Assembly (NCBI RefSeq): GCF_001457615.1
Contig: NZ_LN831024.1
Span: forward strand, 900,001 to 932,000
DNA: 32,000 bases
Source of the DNA: Pseudomonas aeruginosa
GTDB taxonomy: Bacteria; Pseudomonadota; Gammaproteobacteria; Pseudomonadales; Pseudomonadaceae
Reading direction: 5' to 3'
Both the position numbers and the translations under genes were made by a program. The notes below the pieces were generated by a model. It was not told the DNA's origin and searched no databases. It saw nothing but the letters and a program-made list of their open reading frames with translations. Of this stretch, positions 1 through 12,064 are shown piece after piece. Each line of letters opens with the position of its first letter. Position 1 is the first letter of the stretch.

Positions 1-1
1 C

Positions 2-757
2 GGCGCGGTGGACTTCCTCGAATGCGCGCCGGACAACTGGATCGGCGTCGGCGGTGCCTTCGGTGCCGACCTGGAGCGCCTGGTGGAGCGCTTTCCACTG
101 ACCTGCCACGGTCTCTCGCTGTCCCTCGGCGGCTCCACACCGCTGGATGCCGCCTTCATCGAGCAGACCCGACGCTTCCTCGTCCGCCACCGGGTCGCGT
201 TGTACAGCGAGCACCTCAGTTACTGTTCCGACGATGGCCATCTCTATGATCTGTTGCCGCTGCCGTTCACCGAGGCCGCGGTGCGTCACGTCGCGGCGCG
301 CATCCGCGAGGCGCAGGAACGCCTGGAGCGGCGCATCGCGGTGGAGAACATTTCCTACTATGCAGCGCCGTACCGGGAGATGAGCGAGATCGAGTTCGTC
401 AACGCGGTACTCGACGAGGCCGACTGCGACCTGTTGCTGGACGTCAACAACCTGTTCGTCAACGCCTGCAACCACGGCTACGACGCCCTCGACTTCCTCG
501 CCCGGCTGCCGCCCGGGCGGGTCGCCGTCTACCATGTGGCGGGGCACTACGACGAGGCGCCGGACCTGAAGATCGACACCCATGGTGCCGCCGTGAAGCC
601 CGGCGTCTGGGCCTTGCTTGGAGCCGCCTATCGTCGCTTCGGCGTGCGCCCGACCCTGCTCGAGCGGGACTTCAACTATCCGCCGCTGGGCGAACTGCTG
701 CTGGAAGTGGAGCAGATCCGCCAATGGCAACGCGACGAGGGACGCCGTCATGGATGA
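2..757 (+). CDS. DUF692 / MNIO-family (multinuclear non-heme iron-dependent oxidative) enzyme, BufB-like; 5' end lies outside window
   Basis: Open frame continues to window edge; motifs [67 protein letters not shown] are typical of DUF692 proteins. Confidence 0.9.
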   Translation, partial: GAVDFLECAPDNWIGVGGAFGADLERLVERFPLTCHGLSLSLGGSTPLDAAFIEQTRRFLVRHRVALYSEHLSYCSDDGHLYDLLPLPFTEAAVRHVAARIREAQERLERRIAVENISYYAAPYREMSEIEFVNAVLDEADCDLLLDVNNLFVNACNHGYDALDFLARLPPGRVAVYHVAGHYDEAPDLKIDTHGAAVKPGVWALLGAAYRRFGVRPTLLERDFNYPPLGELLLEVEQIRQWQRDEGRRHG

Positions 758-1505
758 GCGCCTGCGCCAACAGCAGTTCAGCCTCGCCCGGCACCTGCGC
801 GACCCGCTTGGCAATGCGCCGCCGCCGGACATCGAAGAACGTCGCCTGCGGGTCTACCGCGAGCTGTTCTACAACGCCATCGAAGGCCTCCTTGCCAGCG
901 GCTTCCCGCGCTTGCGCGGGCTGCTTGGCGAGCAGCAGTGGCATGGCCTGGTGCGCGAGTTCTATCGCGAGGAGAGAAGCCATACCCCCCTGTTCACCCG
1001 TATCGCCGGGGTCTTCGTCGACTACCTGCGGCAGCGGGGCGAGTATCGGCCGGCGTGGCAAGCCGAGTTGGCCCACTTCGAATGGAGCGAAACGCGCCTC
1101 TACCTGGCCGAGCCCGACGATCCGCCGTATCGGCGTGAAGGCGACCTGCTCGACGGGGTGCCGCTGCTGTCGAGCCTGGCGCTGCCGCTGGGCTATCGCT
1201 GGCCGGTGCATCGGCTCGAAGAGGACGTCGCGCTCGCCGAAGCGCCTGCGGAACCGACCCTGCTGTTGATGCACCGCGATTCCTCGCATCGCGTGCATAC
1301 CGCGCGCCTGACTCCGCTGGCCTACCGCCTGCTGGAGTCGCTGGCGAGACGGCGCCTGAGAGGGCGCGAGCACCTGGCGGCGCTGGCGCTCGAGGCGCGG
1401 AGTGCGCCCGGAGCGCTCGACGCGGCGGGGCTGGAGTTGCTGGCAGCGTTGCGGACCCAGGGTGTCGTGCTCGGAACCCTGGAACGCGATTGGGCGGGCG
1501 GATGA
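750..1505 (+). CDS. DUF2063 (putative DNA-binding domain / BufC-like) partner protein
   Basis: ATG at 750 overlaps the end of the DUF692 gene by 8 nt; protein [19 protein letters not shown]...[27 protein letters not shown] resembles DUF2063 N-terminal domain. Confidence 0.88.
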   Translation: MDERLRQQQFSLARHLRDPLGNAPPPDIEERRLRVYRELFYNAIEGLLASGFPRLRGLLGEQQWHGLVREFYREERSHTPLFTRIAGVFVDYLRQRGEYRPAWQAELAHFEWSETRLYLAEPDDPPYRREGDLLDGVPLLSSLALPLGYRWPVHRLEEDVALAEAPAEPTLLLMHRDSSHRVHTARLTPLAYRLLESLARRRLRGREHLAALALEARSAPGALDAAGLELLAALRTQGVVLGTLERDWAGG

Positions 1506-1534
1506 CGACGCAGCCCTTGTGGAGTCGATGCATC

Positions 1535-1563
1535 GGCGGATAGCGCCGTTGGCGCTATCCGCC
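1535..1563. repeat. Palindromic repeat unit 1 (GGCGGATAGCGCC-GTT-GGCGCTATCCGCC)
   Basis: 13-bp perfect inverted arms around a 3-nt loop, followed by CTACG. Confidence 0.85.
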
Positions 1564-1594
1564 CTACGTGGTGGGTGGGACGGTCTTGGTGTAG

Positions 1595-1622
1595 GGCGGA
1601 TAACCGCTTGCGGTTATCCGCC
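1595..1622. repeat. Palindromic repeat unit 2 (GGCGGATAACCG-CTTG-CGGTTATCCGCC)
   Basis: 12-bp perfect inverted arms, 4-nt loop, preceded by GTAG. Confidence 0.85.
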
Positions 1623-1641
1623 GGGGTGGGTCCGGTGTATC

Positions 1642-1670
1642 GGCGAATAGCGCCGTTGGCGCTATTCGCC
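1642..1670. repeat. Palindromic repeat unit 3 (GGCGAATAGCGCC-GTT-GGCGCTATTCGCC)
   Basis: 13-bp perfect inverted arms, 3-nt loop, followed by CTACGCGGTGGGTGGGA, matching the flank of unit 1. Confidence 0.85.
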
Positions 1671-1705
1671 CTACGCGGTGGGTGGGATGGTTCTGGCTTG
1701 CTGTG

Positions 1706-1740
1706 AAAAACCCCGGAGGCGATCGCGTTCCGGGGTTTTT
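1706..1740. terminator. Bidirectional Rho-independent terminator between convergent genes
   Basis: AAAAACCCCGGA ... TCCGGGGTTTTT: 12-bp perfect stem with A-tract and T-tract. Confidence 0.88.
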
Positions 1741-1757
1741 CCGTGGCTGGCCGAATC

Positions 1758-2267
1758 CTAGCGGGACAGGCCCAGGCGCCGCCCGAGCCAGTGGTCCAGG
1801 CTCAGCTTCCCCGCCCCCGCCAACAGCAGCGGCAGCAGCGCCGCCAGGTAGATCGCCGGGAGCTTGAAATTGCCGAAGCCGTGGTCGGTGATCGAGTAGC
1901 CGCGGGCCAGTTCCGCCAGGCTCGACCACTCCGCCGGCCAGTGTACGGCGGCGGTCGCCACCAGAGTGACGACGATCAGCACCAGGGCGGTCAGGCGGGT
2001 ACCGAGGCCGAGCAGGAGGAACAGCGCGCCGAGCAGTTCGGCCCACAGCGACAGTTCCCAGTTGAAGGCGGCGGGCAGGCGGTCGAAGGGAAAGGGGAAA
2101 GCCGACTGGATATCGCCGAACCAGTTCTCGCCGTTCCACTTTTCCCAACCGGACTCGAAGAACTCCCAGGCCAGGAACAGTCGCAGGGACAGGTCGGCGC
2201 TCCAGCCGCCGCAGCGGTCGAGCAGGGCGAAGGGTCGGCGCCAGGCGCGCAGGTCGGATGCTTGCAT
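1758..2267 (-). CDS. DoxX-family membrane protein (BufD-like)
   Basis: 169 aa; [25 protein letters not shown]..., [52 protein letters not shown] typical of DoxX proteins. Confidence 0.85.
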   Translation of the reverse strand: MQASDLRAWRRPFALLDRCGGWSADLSLRLFLAWEFFESGWEKWNGENWFGDIQSAFPFPFDRLPAAFNWELSLWAELLGALFLLLGLGTRLTALVLIVVTLVATAAVHWPAEWSSLAELARGYSITDHGFGNFKLPAIYLAALLPLLLAGAGKLSLDHWLGRRLGLSR

Positions 2268-2298
2268 GATCGATGTCTCGTTGAGGGCGGTGGATGGG

Positions 2299-2928
2299 TC
2301 AGGCCGGCTGTACGTCGCGACGACGCAAGCGCACGGCGAGCTTGGCGGTGAGCTTGAGGACGATGGCGGAGAAGATCGTGGCGAACGCCAGTACGTACCA
2401 GCCGCCCATGGGGATGCGTTTGAAGAACGACAGACAGAAGATGCCCGCCAGCACCCAGGTGCCGGTCGAGTGCAGGGCTTTCCAGGCGCGTGGGCCGAGC
2501 AGTCGGGCCGGGGTGCGGAAGGAGGTGAGGGTGAGCAGCAGGATGAACAGGTAGCCGATCGAGCCGGGGATGTTCGCCGCGACCGAGCGGCCGCTCCAGA
2601 ATGTCTCGGGGAACAGCTTCCAGTAGGCCAGGATCAGCAAGGCGTGTACTGCGTGGGAGAAGGCGAAGGCCAGGCCCAGATAGCGCCTTTCACGGAGCAG
2701 CGCGCGGGTCCCCGGGCCGGGCACCAGGGTCGCCAGCGAGGACGCGAGGAAAGCGGCGAGGAACAGCGCGAAGGAACTGCGCGCGGTGGCGCGGATGGCG
2801 CTGCGCAGGCCCTCCACCGGTTGCGCCTGGAGAGCCAGGACGAGGGCGGTCATGCACAGCACGGCGACGGCGAGGACGGCGAACAGTCGCCAGCCGTGCC
2901 AGGCGGATTGAGAGGTTGGGACGGTCAT
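2299..2928 (-). CDS. Ferric-reductase-like / cytochrome b-type multipass membrane protein
   Basis: 209 aa with several hydrophobic helices and spaced His ([37 protein letters not shown]) as in ferric reductase-like transmembrane domains. Confidence 0.65.
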   Translation of the reverse strand: MTVPTSQSAWHGWRLFAVLAVAVLCMTALVLALQAQPVEGLRSAIRATARSSFALFLAAFLASSLATLVPGPGTRALLRERRYLGLAFAFSHAVHALLILAYWKLFPETFWSGRSVAANIPGSIGYLFILLLTLTSFRTPARLLGPRAWKALHSTGTWVLAGIFCLSFFKRIPMGGWYVLAFATIFSAIVLKLTAKLAVRLRRRDVQPA

Positions 2929-3035
2929 GGTGGGGCTCCTGGTTGCCGGGAGCGGCTCGGCGATGTGCCGCCGCTTCCCGTGGCCAGGAGTGTTGCAAGC
3001 GGGTTTATCCGCAGTGTGTCCGCCGAGGGCGGTTA

Positions 3036-3050
3036 TGTATCGCTCTGTAC
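3036..3050. promoter_or_regulatory. Candidate tandem response-regulator site TGTATCGCTCTGTAC upstream of the 2928(-) gene
   Basis: TGTA(T/C) direct repeat at 10-bp spacing; nearly identical to the element upstream of bfmR at 5173. Confidence 0.45.
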
Positions 3051-3057
3051 GGGCGCC

Positions 3058-4358
3058 TCAGGGGTCCAGCTCGATGCGCGCGCAAAGCCCGCCGCCGGCG
3101 CGGTTGGCCAGGGTCAGGCGGCCGCCGAGGGCCAGGCTCAGCTGCTGCGCGATGGCCAGGCCGAGGCCGGTGCCACCGGTGTCGCGATTGCGCGAGTTTT
3201 CCACCCGGTAGAAGGGCTTGAGCACCTCGTCGAGTTCCTCGGCGGGAATCCCCGGGCCATTGTCCAGCACCTGGATTCGCGTGCCGCCATCGGTACGGCG
3301 TTCCACTTCCAGGCGCGCGGCGCCGGCGAACTTCAGCGCATTGTCGACCAGGTTCACCAGCACCCGGCGCAGGGCGTGCGGACGGGTGTCGATCACCGCG
3401 CCGGTACGGCCGTCGAGTTGTACCTGCTTGCCGCTGTCCTGGTAGTCGAAGACCAGGCTGTCGAGGAAGGCGTCGAGGTCCACCCGGCAACTGGTCTCGG
3501 TGCTGCCGTGCATGCTGCGGGCATAGGCCACGCCTTCGCGGACCAGGTGCTGCATCTCTTCGAGATCGTTCCACAGCTTGTCCCTGTCGCTGGAGGCGTC
3601 CATGAACTCGACGCGCAGCTTCATCCGCGTGATCGGCGTCTGCAGGTCGTGGGAAATCGCCGCGAGCAATTGCATGCGCTCCTTGAGGTAGTCGGCGATG
3701 CGCGCCTGCATGGCGTTGAAGGCCGCCGCCGCATGCGCCACTTCGCGTGGGCCGGTTTCCGCGAGAGGCTGTGCCGGACGATTCGGATCGAGATGTTCCA
3801 CGGCCTTCACCAGCCGGGTCAGCGGGCCGATGGCGGTGCGCACCGCGAGGCCGGTGCAGAGCAGCAGCAGGAACAACTGCACCAGCAGCACCAGCGGCAG
3901 CCAGCCGGACAGCGGCACCGGGGCCGGCGTGACGTCGATGGTCAGCGGGCTGCCGTCGCGCAGGCGCAGGAGGACCTGGAAGTGCGGACGGCTGTCGGCC
4001 ACCTTGCGCAGGGTCAGCGGATATTGACCGTCGAGGGCGCGTTCGATGGAGTGCGCGGCAACCGGCGCGTCGGCCAGCGCCAGCGGCTGGCCGGGCTCGC
4101 CGGCGTCGAGGCGATAGCGGTAGGTGCGTCGTTCCAGGCGCGGCAGCCAGGCCTCGCGCTCGGCGGGCGTCAGGCGGTCGAGCATGGCTACCGAGATCGC
4201 CACGTCCTGTTCGAGGCTGTCGAGCATCATGTGCTTCGCGGTCTGGTAGCGCTCGTAGAACTGCGAGGCGAAGGACAGCCCGTAGGCCAGCACCAGCCCG
4301 GCGAAGAGGATCAGCGCCAGGCGCGCGGCGAGGCTGCGCGGGCGCGGCACGGCGAGCT

Positions 4359-4362
<4 letters not shown>
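3058..4362 (-). CDS. bfmS: Sensor histidine kinase BfmS
   Basis: 434 aa; N-terminal TM, HAMP region, HisKA (LLAAISHDLQTPITRMKLRVEFM), HATPase (NLVDNALKF, VLDNGPGIP, GTGLGLAIAQQL); start overlaps the bfmR stop (ATGA). Confidence 0.9.
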
Positions 4363-5099
<737 letters not shown>

Positions 5100-5172
5100 T
5101 GCCTGGCTCCCGTGGCGGTTGGTGTGCTTGCAAGCAGTGTATCCGCGCCCGCGGCGCTTGCCTGCCGGGGTT

Positions 5173-5189
5173 TGTATTGCACTGTATCC
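5173..5189. promoter_or_regulatory. Candidate BfmR autoregulatory tandem site TGTATTGCACTGTATCC
   Basis: TGTAT direct repeat at 10-bp spacing 74 nt upstream of the bfmR start; typical geometry for OmpR-family binding. Confidence 0.5.
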
Positions 5190-5455
5190 GGAGCCGGGGC
5201 GAATACCGGGGCGTGCAAAAAAGCCCGGTTGTCGCTGTCGCGAACGGGGGAGACGACGGATGGCGCCGGGCGCGATTCGTCCGGCGGGAGCGGGGCGGCG
5301 AATGTACGGCCATGTATCGGCCGGCAGCGGCGATACAGCGGCTGACGAATCGGGCATTCCAGCGACACATCCGGGACAACTCCGCGGCCTGGAATAGGCC
5401 TCGACGAAGGCATGTCGCCTTCCACCGACGCGGTCCTGCCGCCAGGAGATCCCCC

Positions 5456-5716
5456 ATGACTCGCACTCTGCTCGCCACCACCCTGCTCGCCGCGCTTGCG
5501 CTTCCCGCGTTCGCCGCCCAGGCCGCCGCACCGGTACCGACCGAAAGCTACCGCTACGGCATGCCGCTGGATGTGCACAAGGTGGTGGCGACCCAGGAAC
5601 AGGCGTCGACCACCTGCGAGATCGTCGATGCACGGATGGACTACCTAGACTCCGCCGGCAAGCTGCATTCGCTGGCCTACCGCAAGTACGCCAGCGCCTG
5701 CAGCCAGGGCGGCTAG
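5456..5716 (+). CDS. Small secreted DUF2790 family protein
   Basis: 86 aa; signal peptide MTRTLLATTLLAALALPAFAAQA, then YRYGMPLDVHKVVATQE...CEIVDARMDYLDSAGKLHSLAYRKYASAC; RBS-like AGGAG upstream. Confidence 0.85.
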   Translation: MTRTLLATTLLAALALPAFAAQAAAPVPTESYRYGMPLDVHKVVATQEQASTTCEIVDARMDYLDSAGKLHSLAYRKYASACSQGG

Positions 5717-7396
5717 TCAGGCGCCGGCCAGAGCCTGCACGGCCGGTTGTCGCGCGGGCGGTGCATGGGGCGCCGGCTTGCCGAGGATCAGGTCGGCGGC
5801 CTTCTCGCCGATCATGATCGCCGGGGCGTTGGTATTGCCGGTGATCAGCGTCGGCATGATCGACGCATCGGCCACCCGCAGGCCTTGCAGGCCGTGCACG
5901 CGCAACTGGTCGTCGACCACCGCGAGCTGGTCGTGGCCCATCTTGCAGGTGCCCACCGGATGGAACACGGTGCCCAGGTTGGCGCGGATCCAGGCCTCGA
6001 TCTGGCCGCGGCTGGAAACCTGCGGGCCCGGTACCAGCTCGCCCTTGAGGTGACGGGCGAAGCTGCGGCTGGCGGCCAGTTTGCGGACCAGTTGGAAACC
6101 CCGGACCAGGGTATCGAGGTCGGCAGGGTGGCTGAGGAAGTTGGCTTCGATCAGCGGCCGGTCGTGCGGGTCCGGCGAGTTCAGGCGGACCCGCCCGCGG
6201 CTCTGCGGGTGCATCACCGCGACGTGCAGGCTGACCCCGTGGCCGAAGGGGACGAGGCGCTGCGGCTGGTTCTTCAGCGCGGGGGCGACGATCAGACCCA
6301 GCTCCGGGGTCTCTGCCTGCGGGTCGAGGCGGAGGAAGCCACCGGACTCGACGGTGTTCGAGGTCAGCGCCCCGCGCCGGCCGAACAGGTACTGCCAGGG
6401 CGAGCGCAGCAGCGGCAGCCAGCCCTTCGGCGAGAAGCCCAGGCCGTAGCCGAGCTTGGCCTCGGTGCGGTACATCAGCACGATGTCCTGGTGGTCCTGC
6501 AGGTTCTCGCCGACCCCAGGCAACTCATGGCGCTGGACGATGCCGTGGCGCGCCAGTTCCGCCGCCGGGCCGATGCCGGAGAGCAACAGGAGCTGCGGCG
6601 AGTTGATCGAGCCGGCGCTGAGGATCACTTCGCGGCGTGCCTGTAATTGCACGACCTCGCCAGCCTGGCTGATCTCCACGCCGGTGGCGCGGGTACCTTC
6701 CAGCAGCACGCGCAGGGTCAGCGCCGAGCTGAGCACGGTGAGGTTGGGCCGCGCCAGGGCCGGGTGCAGGAAGGCGCGCGCCGCGCTACAGCGTTCGCCG
6801 TTGACCTGGGTGACGTGGAACGGGCCGATGCCTTCCTGGCGCTCGCCGTTGAAGTCGGCGTTGTACGGCCAGCCCATTTCCTCGGCGGCCTGGAAGAACA
6901 CCTGGTTGATCGGGCCCGGGCTGCGCTGCGCGGCGACGTTCAATTCGCCGCCGCGCCCGTGCCAGGGCGATTCGCCCGGCTCGAAATGTTCCGAGCGGCG
7001 AAAGTAGGGCAGCAGCTCGTCGTAGCTCCAGCCACGGTTGCCGAGGGATGCCCAGCGGTCGTAGTCGTGGCGGTCGCCGCGGATGTAGATCATCCCGTTG
7101 ATCGCGCTGGAGCCGCCCCAGACCTTGCCGCGCGGGCAGGCGATCGGCTGGTTGGCGGTGCCGGGCTGGGCGGCGAAGCGATGCATCCAGTTCCACTTCG
7201 GGTTGGCGATCAGGCGGATGATCCCGGCCGGCGTGCGGATGTAGGCGGCGGGGAGCGGCGTGCGGTCGCTGGGGCCGGCCTCGACCAGACAGACCGAGAC
7301 GGCGGGATCGGCGGAAAGACGGTTGGCCAGGACGCAACCGGCGGAGCCGGCGCCGACCACGATGTAGTCGAACGAACGGCGGGCAGTGGAAGTCAT
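5717..7396 (-). CDS. GMC-family FAD-dependent oxidoreductase (choline/alcohol dehydrogenase type)
   Basis: FDYIVVGAGSAGCVLANRLS, GGSSAINGMIYIRG, LLLLSGIGPAAEL, HPVGTCKMG, NTNAPAIMIGEKAADLIL. Confidence 0.93.
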   Translation of the reverse strand: MTSTARRSFDYIVVGAGSAGCVLANRLSADPAVSVCLVEAGPSDRTPLPAAYIRTPAGIIRLIANPKWNWMHRFAAQPGTANQPIACPRGKVWGGSSAINGMIYIRGDRHDYDRWASLGNRGWSYDELLPYFRRSEHFEPGESPWHGRGGELNVAAQRSPGPINQVFFQAAEEMGWPYNADFNGERQEGIGPFHVTQVNGERCSAARAFLHPALARPNLTVLSSALTLRVLLEGTRATGVEISQAGEVVQLQARREVILSAGSINSPQLLLLSGIGPAAELARHGIVQRHELPGVGENLQDHQDIVLMYRTEAKLGYGLGFSPKGWLPLLRSPWQYLFGRRGALTSNTVESGGFLRLDPQAETPELGLIVAPALKNQPQRLVPFGHGVSLHVAVMHPQSRGRVRLNSPDPHDRPLIEANFLSHPADLDTLVRGFQLVRKLAASRSFARHLKGELVPGPQVSSRGQIEAWIRANLGTVFHPVGTCKMGHDQLAVVDDQLRVHGLQGLRVADASIMPTLITGNTNAPAIMIGEKAADLILGKPAPHAPPARQPAVQALAGA

Positions 7397-7550
7397 GTCG
7401 GCACCTTTCTGGGTGTGCTGCCGGGCCTCGCCCGACGTTCTTTTTCGCCCCGCGCCCATGGGCGCGACGCTACTCCATTGGACGGGGAAGCGCGCCCGGC
7501 CGCTTGTCCCAGCCTGCCGGCGGGGTTGACCGAGGCTGCCAGGCGGCGCG

Positions 7551-8855
7551 CTAAAGCCCCAGCAGCGAGCCCATGTCGACCATCAGTTGCAGGCCGACGA
7601 CGAAACCGTCTCCGCTCAGTTCGCGAGCGCCGGGGTTGTAGTAGTTGTCCGGGTTGAAGATGTACTGCACCGACGGCTCCAGCGCGATGTGCGGGGTCAG
7701 TGCGATGTGCGCATTGGTTTCCAGGGCGTACACGTCGCGCTGGCCGAGTTTCGCATCGCCTCCAGCGGCGATCCGCGCCTGGCGCTGGAACTCCAGCTGG
7801 TGATCGTTCAGGCGCAGGTAGCTGGCCTTGAGGTTGAGCTTGTCCCGCGTGCGGTCGAAGGGCGCATGGTAGGTCAGGCCCAGCTCGGCGAAATGACGGA
7901 ACGGCTGCTTGTCGTCGGCCGATACCGACAGCGAGCCGAACAGCCCCAGCGCCCTCGGCGAATCGAGGCGGCCGCCGTCGGCGCGCCAGAACAGCTGCTG
8001 GAACTTGAAGAAGCCGCCGGCGCTGCCGTGGTCGCTGGCGCCGGTGAGCGGGTCGACCTGGTTGGCGGTGTTCAGGTAGGCGTTGAGTTCATAGTGCGAG
8101 CGGTAGGGATCGAGGCTTTCCTCGCGCTTGTCGCCGATCCCCAGCAGCAGGCTGGTGCCGCTGGCGTCGTCGGTGCCGAAATCGAGGCCATGGCGCTTCT
8201 TCAGGTAATCCACCGGGTTGGACTCGAAGGCCCCGGCGTGCAGGTACAGGGTCGGGGTCGCCCGGTACTTCAAGTAGCCGCCCCAGGCGCCGTAGGGCGG
8301 CGGCAGGATGCCGGTGGAGGCGTCGATGATCGGGTCGTTGCAGGTGACCACGGTCTCGCAGTTGTAGATCAGGAAATAGCGCCGCGCATTGGTCCGTCCG
8401 AGATGGCTGTCGAGGCGTCCGCCCAGCCACTGCTGCTGCCAGGTGAGCAGGCTCAGCTGGTTGGCGCCGATGTCGTTGTGCAGCGGCGCGCCGCCGAAGT
8501 AGCTGCCCACCGCGCCCTGCCAGCTCGGCCCGGTGGGCTGACCGGTGCCGCGGTCGAGGATGAACAGGGTTTCCTCGATGTGCAGCGAGGCGCCGTCCAG
8601 GCCGGCGAGGGTGGCGAGGTCGAGGTCGGCGCCGAGGAACAGGTCGCCGCTGTTGCCGAAGCTGTGCTGGCGCGGGCCGGTGTCGAGGTTCTTCAGCGAC
8701 AGGCTCCAGAACTGCGCGTGGGTCTTCACGCCGTGGCGCTGGAGTCGTTCGCCGAACCCGGCCAGCGGGCCGCTGCGGCTGTCTTCGGCTGCCTGCGCGG
8801 AGAGACCGAGGAAACCGGCGCAGAGCAGCGCCGGCAAGGTGCGGAGGGTTTTCAT
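7551..8855 (-). CDS. OprB-family carbohydrate-selective-type porin
   Basis: Signal peptide MKTLRTLPALLCAGFLGLSAQA; LFLGADLDLATLAGLDGASLHIEETLFI, AYGGYLKYRATPTLYLHAGAFESNP, ALEPSVQYIFNPDNY typical of OprB-like barrels. Confidence 0.82.
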   Translation of the reverse strand: MKTLRTLPALLCAGFLGLSAQAAEDSRSGPLAGFGERLQRHGVKTHAQFWSLSLKNLDTGPRQHSFGNSGDLFLGADLDLATLAGLDGASLHIEETLFILDRGTGQPTGPSWQGAVGSYFGGAPLHNDIGANQLSLLTWQQQWLGGRLDSHLGRTNARRYFLIYNCETVVTCNDPIIDASTGILPPPYGAWGGYLKYRATPTLYLHAGAFESNPVDYLKKRHGLDFGTDDASGTSLLLGIGDKREESLDPYRSHYELNAYLNTANQVDPLTGASDHGSAGGFFKFQQLFWRADGGRLDSPRALGLFGSLSVSADDKQPFRHFAELGLTYHAPFDRTRDKLNLKASYLRLNDHQLEFQRQARIAAGGDAKLGQRDVYALETNAHIALTPHIALEPSVQYIFNPDNYYNPGARELSGDGFVVGLQLMVDMGSLLGL

Positions 8856-8939
8856 GGCAAGGCACTCGTCTTGTTGTTGTTCTGTCGTGCGAATCGCTGT
8901 CCGCCCCAAGCGGACAGGTGCATCCGGAGCGAAGGCGGC

Positions 8940-10734
<1,795 letters not shown>

Positions 10735-10738
<4 letters not shown>

Positions 10739-11994
10739 GGTTGGTTTCCTTGCAGGACGGAGGTAGGCGCGCTGCGCTGGCGCGCCAGCACGGCGGGCGC
10801 GGTTTCGCGCAGGAACAGCGAGAGGAACGCGGCGAGCAGGGCGCCGCCGCAGGACATCCACATGACGATGGACAGGCCGAAGCGGTCGGCGGCGAAGCCG
10901 GCCACGGTCGGCGCGAGGAAACCGCCGACCAGTTCGCCGAGGCCCATGATCAGGCCGAGGGCGGTGGCGATGACGCCGCGCGAGACGGTCTCCGCCGGGA
11001 TGGTTGCCATGAACAGGGTGAAGCAGCCGAGCCCGGTGTAGGTCAGCAGCAACAGCAGGCCGAGGCTGGTCGCGTTCGGCGCATAGAGCAGCGCCAGCGG
11101 GCAACACGCGGCGAGCAGGGAGAACGCCACCAGGGTCGGTCGACGGCCGATGCGATCGGATATCGCCGGTACGGCGAAGCCCCAGACCACCCAGGCGACG
11201 CCCAGGCAGCTCATCAGCCTGCCCATGGTCGCCGGGCTGAAGCCGCGGGCGTTGACCAGGAAGGTCGGGGTAAAGGAAATCAGCACGATGAACCAGGTGA
11301 CGAATACGCAACTGATCAGGGTGCAGAGCAGGATGTTGCGGCTCTTCAGCAGTGCCAGGCGCTTGCCTTTCGCTTCTTCTGCGCGCGGCGCCGGGCGCTG
11401 CGCGCGGGGCGGGTCGGGACGCACATGGCGCCAGATCAACCAGGCGATCAGCAGGCCCGGCAGCAACGAGACGATGAAGGCGTGACGCCAGCCGAGGGTT
11501 TCGGCCAGGGCCACCAGCAGCGGCGGGCCGATCACCGCGCCGAGCAGGCCGGCCGCCGAGCCCTGTAGCAGACCCATGTTGAGGCCGCGGCGATGTGGCG
11601 AGGAGGCCTCGACCATCAGCGATTGCGAGAGCGGCAGGATCGGCCCCTCGGCCAGGCCCATGATGCCGCGGAACAGCAGCAGGCTGAGGAAGCCGCCGAC
11701 CAGCCCGGACAGCGCCGAGCACAGCGAGAACAGGATCACCGCCACGATCAGCAGCGGCTTGCGCTGCCCGCGGCGGTCGGACCAGGCGCCGACCAGCGCG
11801 CCGGATACCGCCCAGGCCAGGGCCAGCACCGAGGAGAGCATGCCCAGGTGGCTGTTGCTCAGTTGCAGCTCCTGTTCCATGAAGGGAAACAGGAAGGACA
11901 GCGCCAGGCGGTCGAAGAAGACGAAGCCGAAGGTCAGGAACAGCACGCAGAGCAGGACGTTTTCGTAACTGGCGGAATTGTTGTTATGCGCCAT
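10735..11994 (-). CDS. Major facilitator superfamily transporter
   Basis: FFDRLALSFLFPFMEQELQLSNSHLGMLSS, GAWSDRRGQRKPLL, multiple TM helices; 4-nt overlap with the ADH start (ATGA). Confidence 0.92.
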
Positions 11995-12064
11995 GTCGGT
12001 CTCCAGGCCGGGCGGGCCGGCCGGCGGGGAGGCGCGCGTCCGCCAGGGCGGCGCGCGCCCGGGG

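Noticed and set aside
5714-5719. Possible frameshift/fusion between the DUF2790 gene and GMC oxidoreductase
   Set aside because: They are on opposite strands, simply abutting tail to tail, each with its own proper stop codon.
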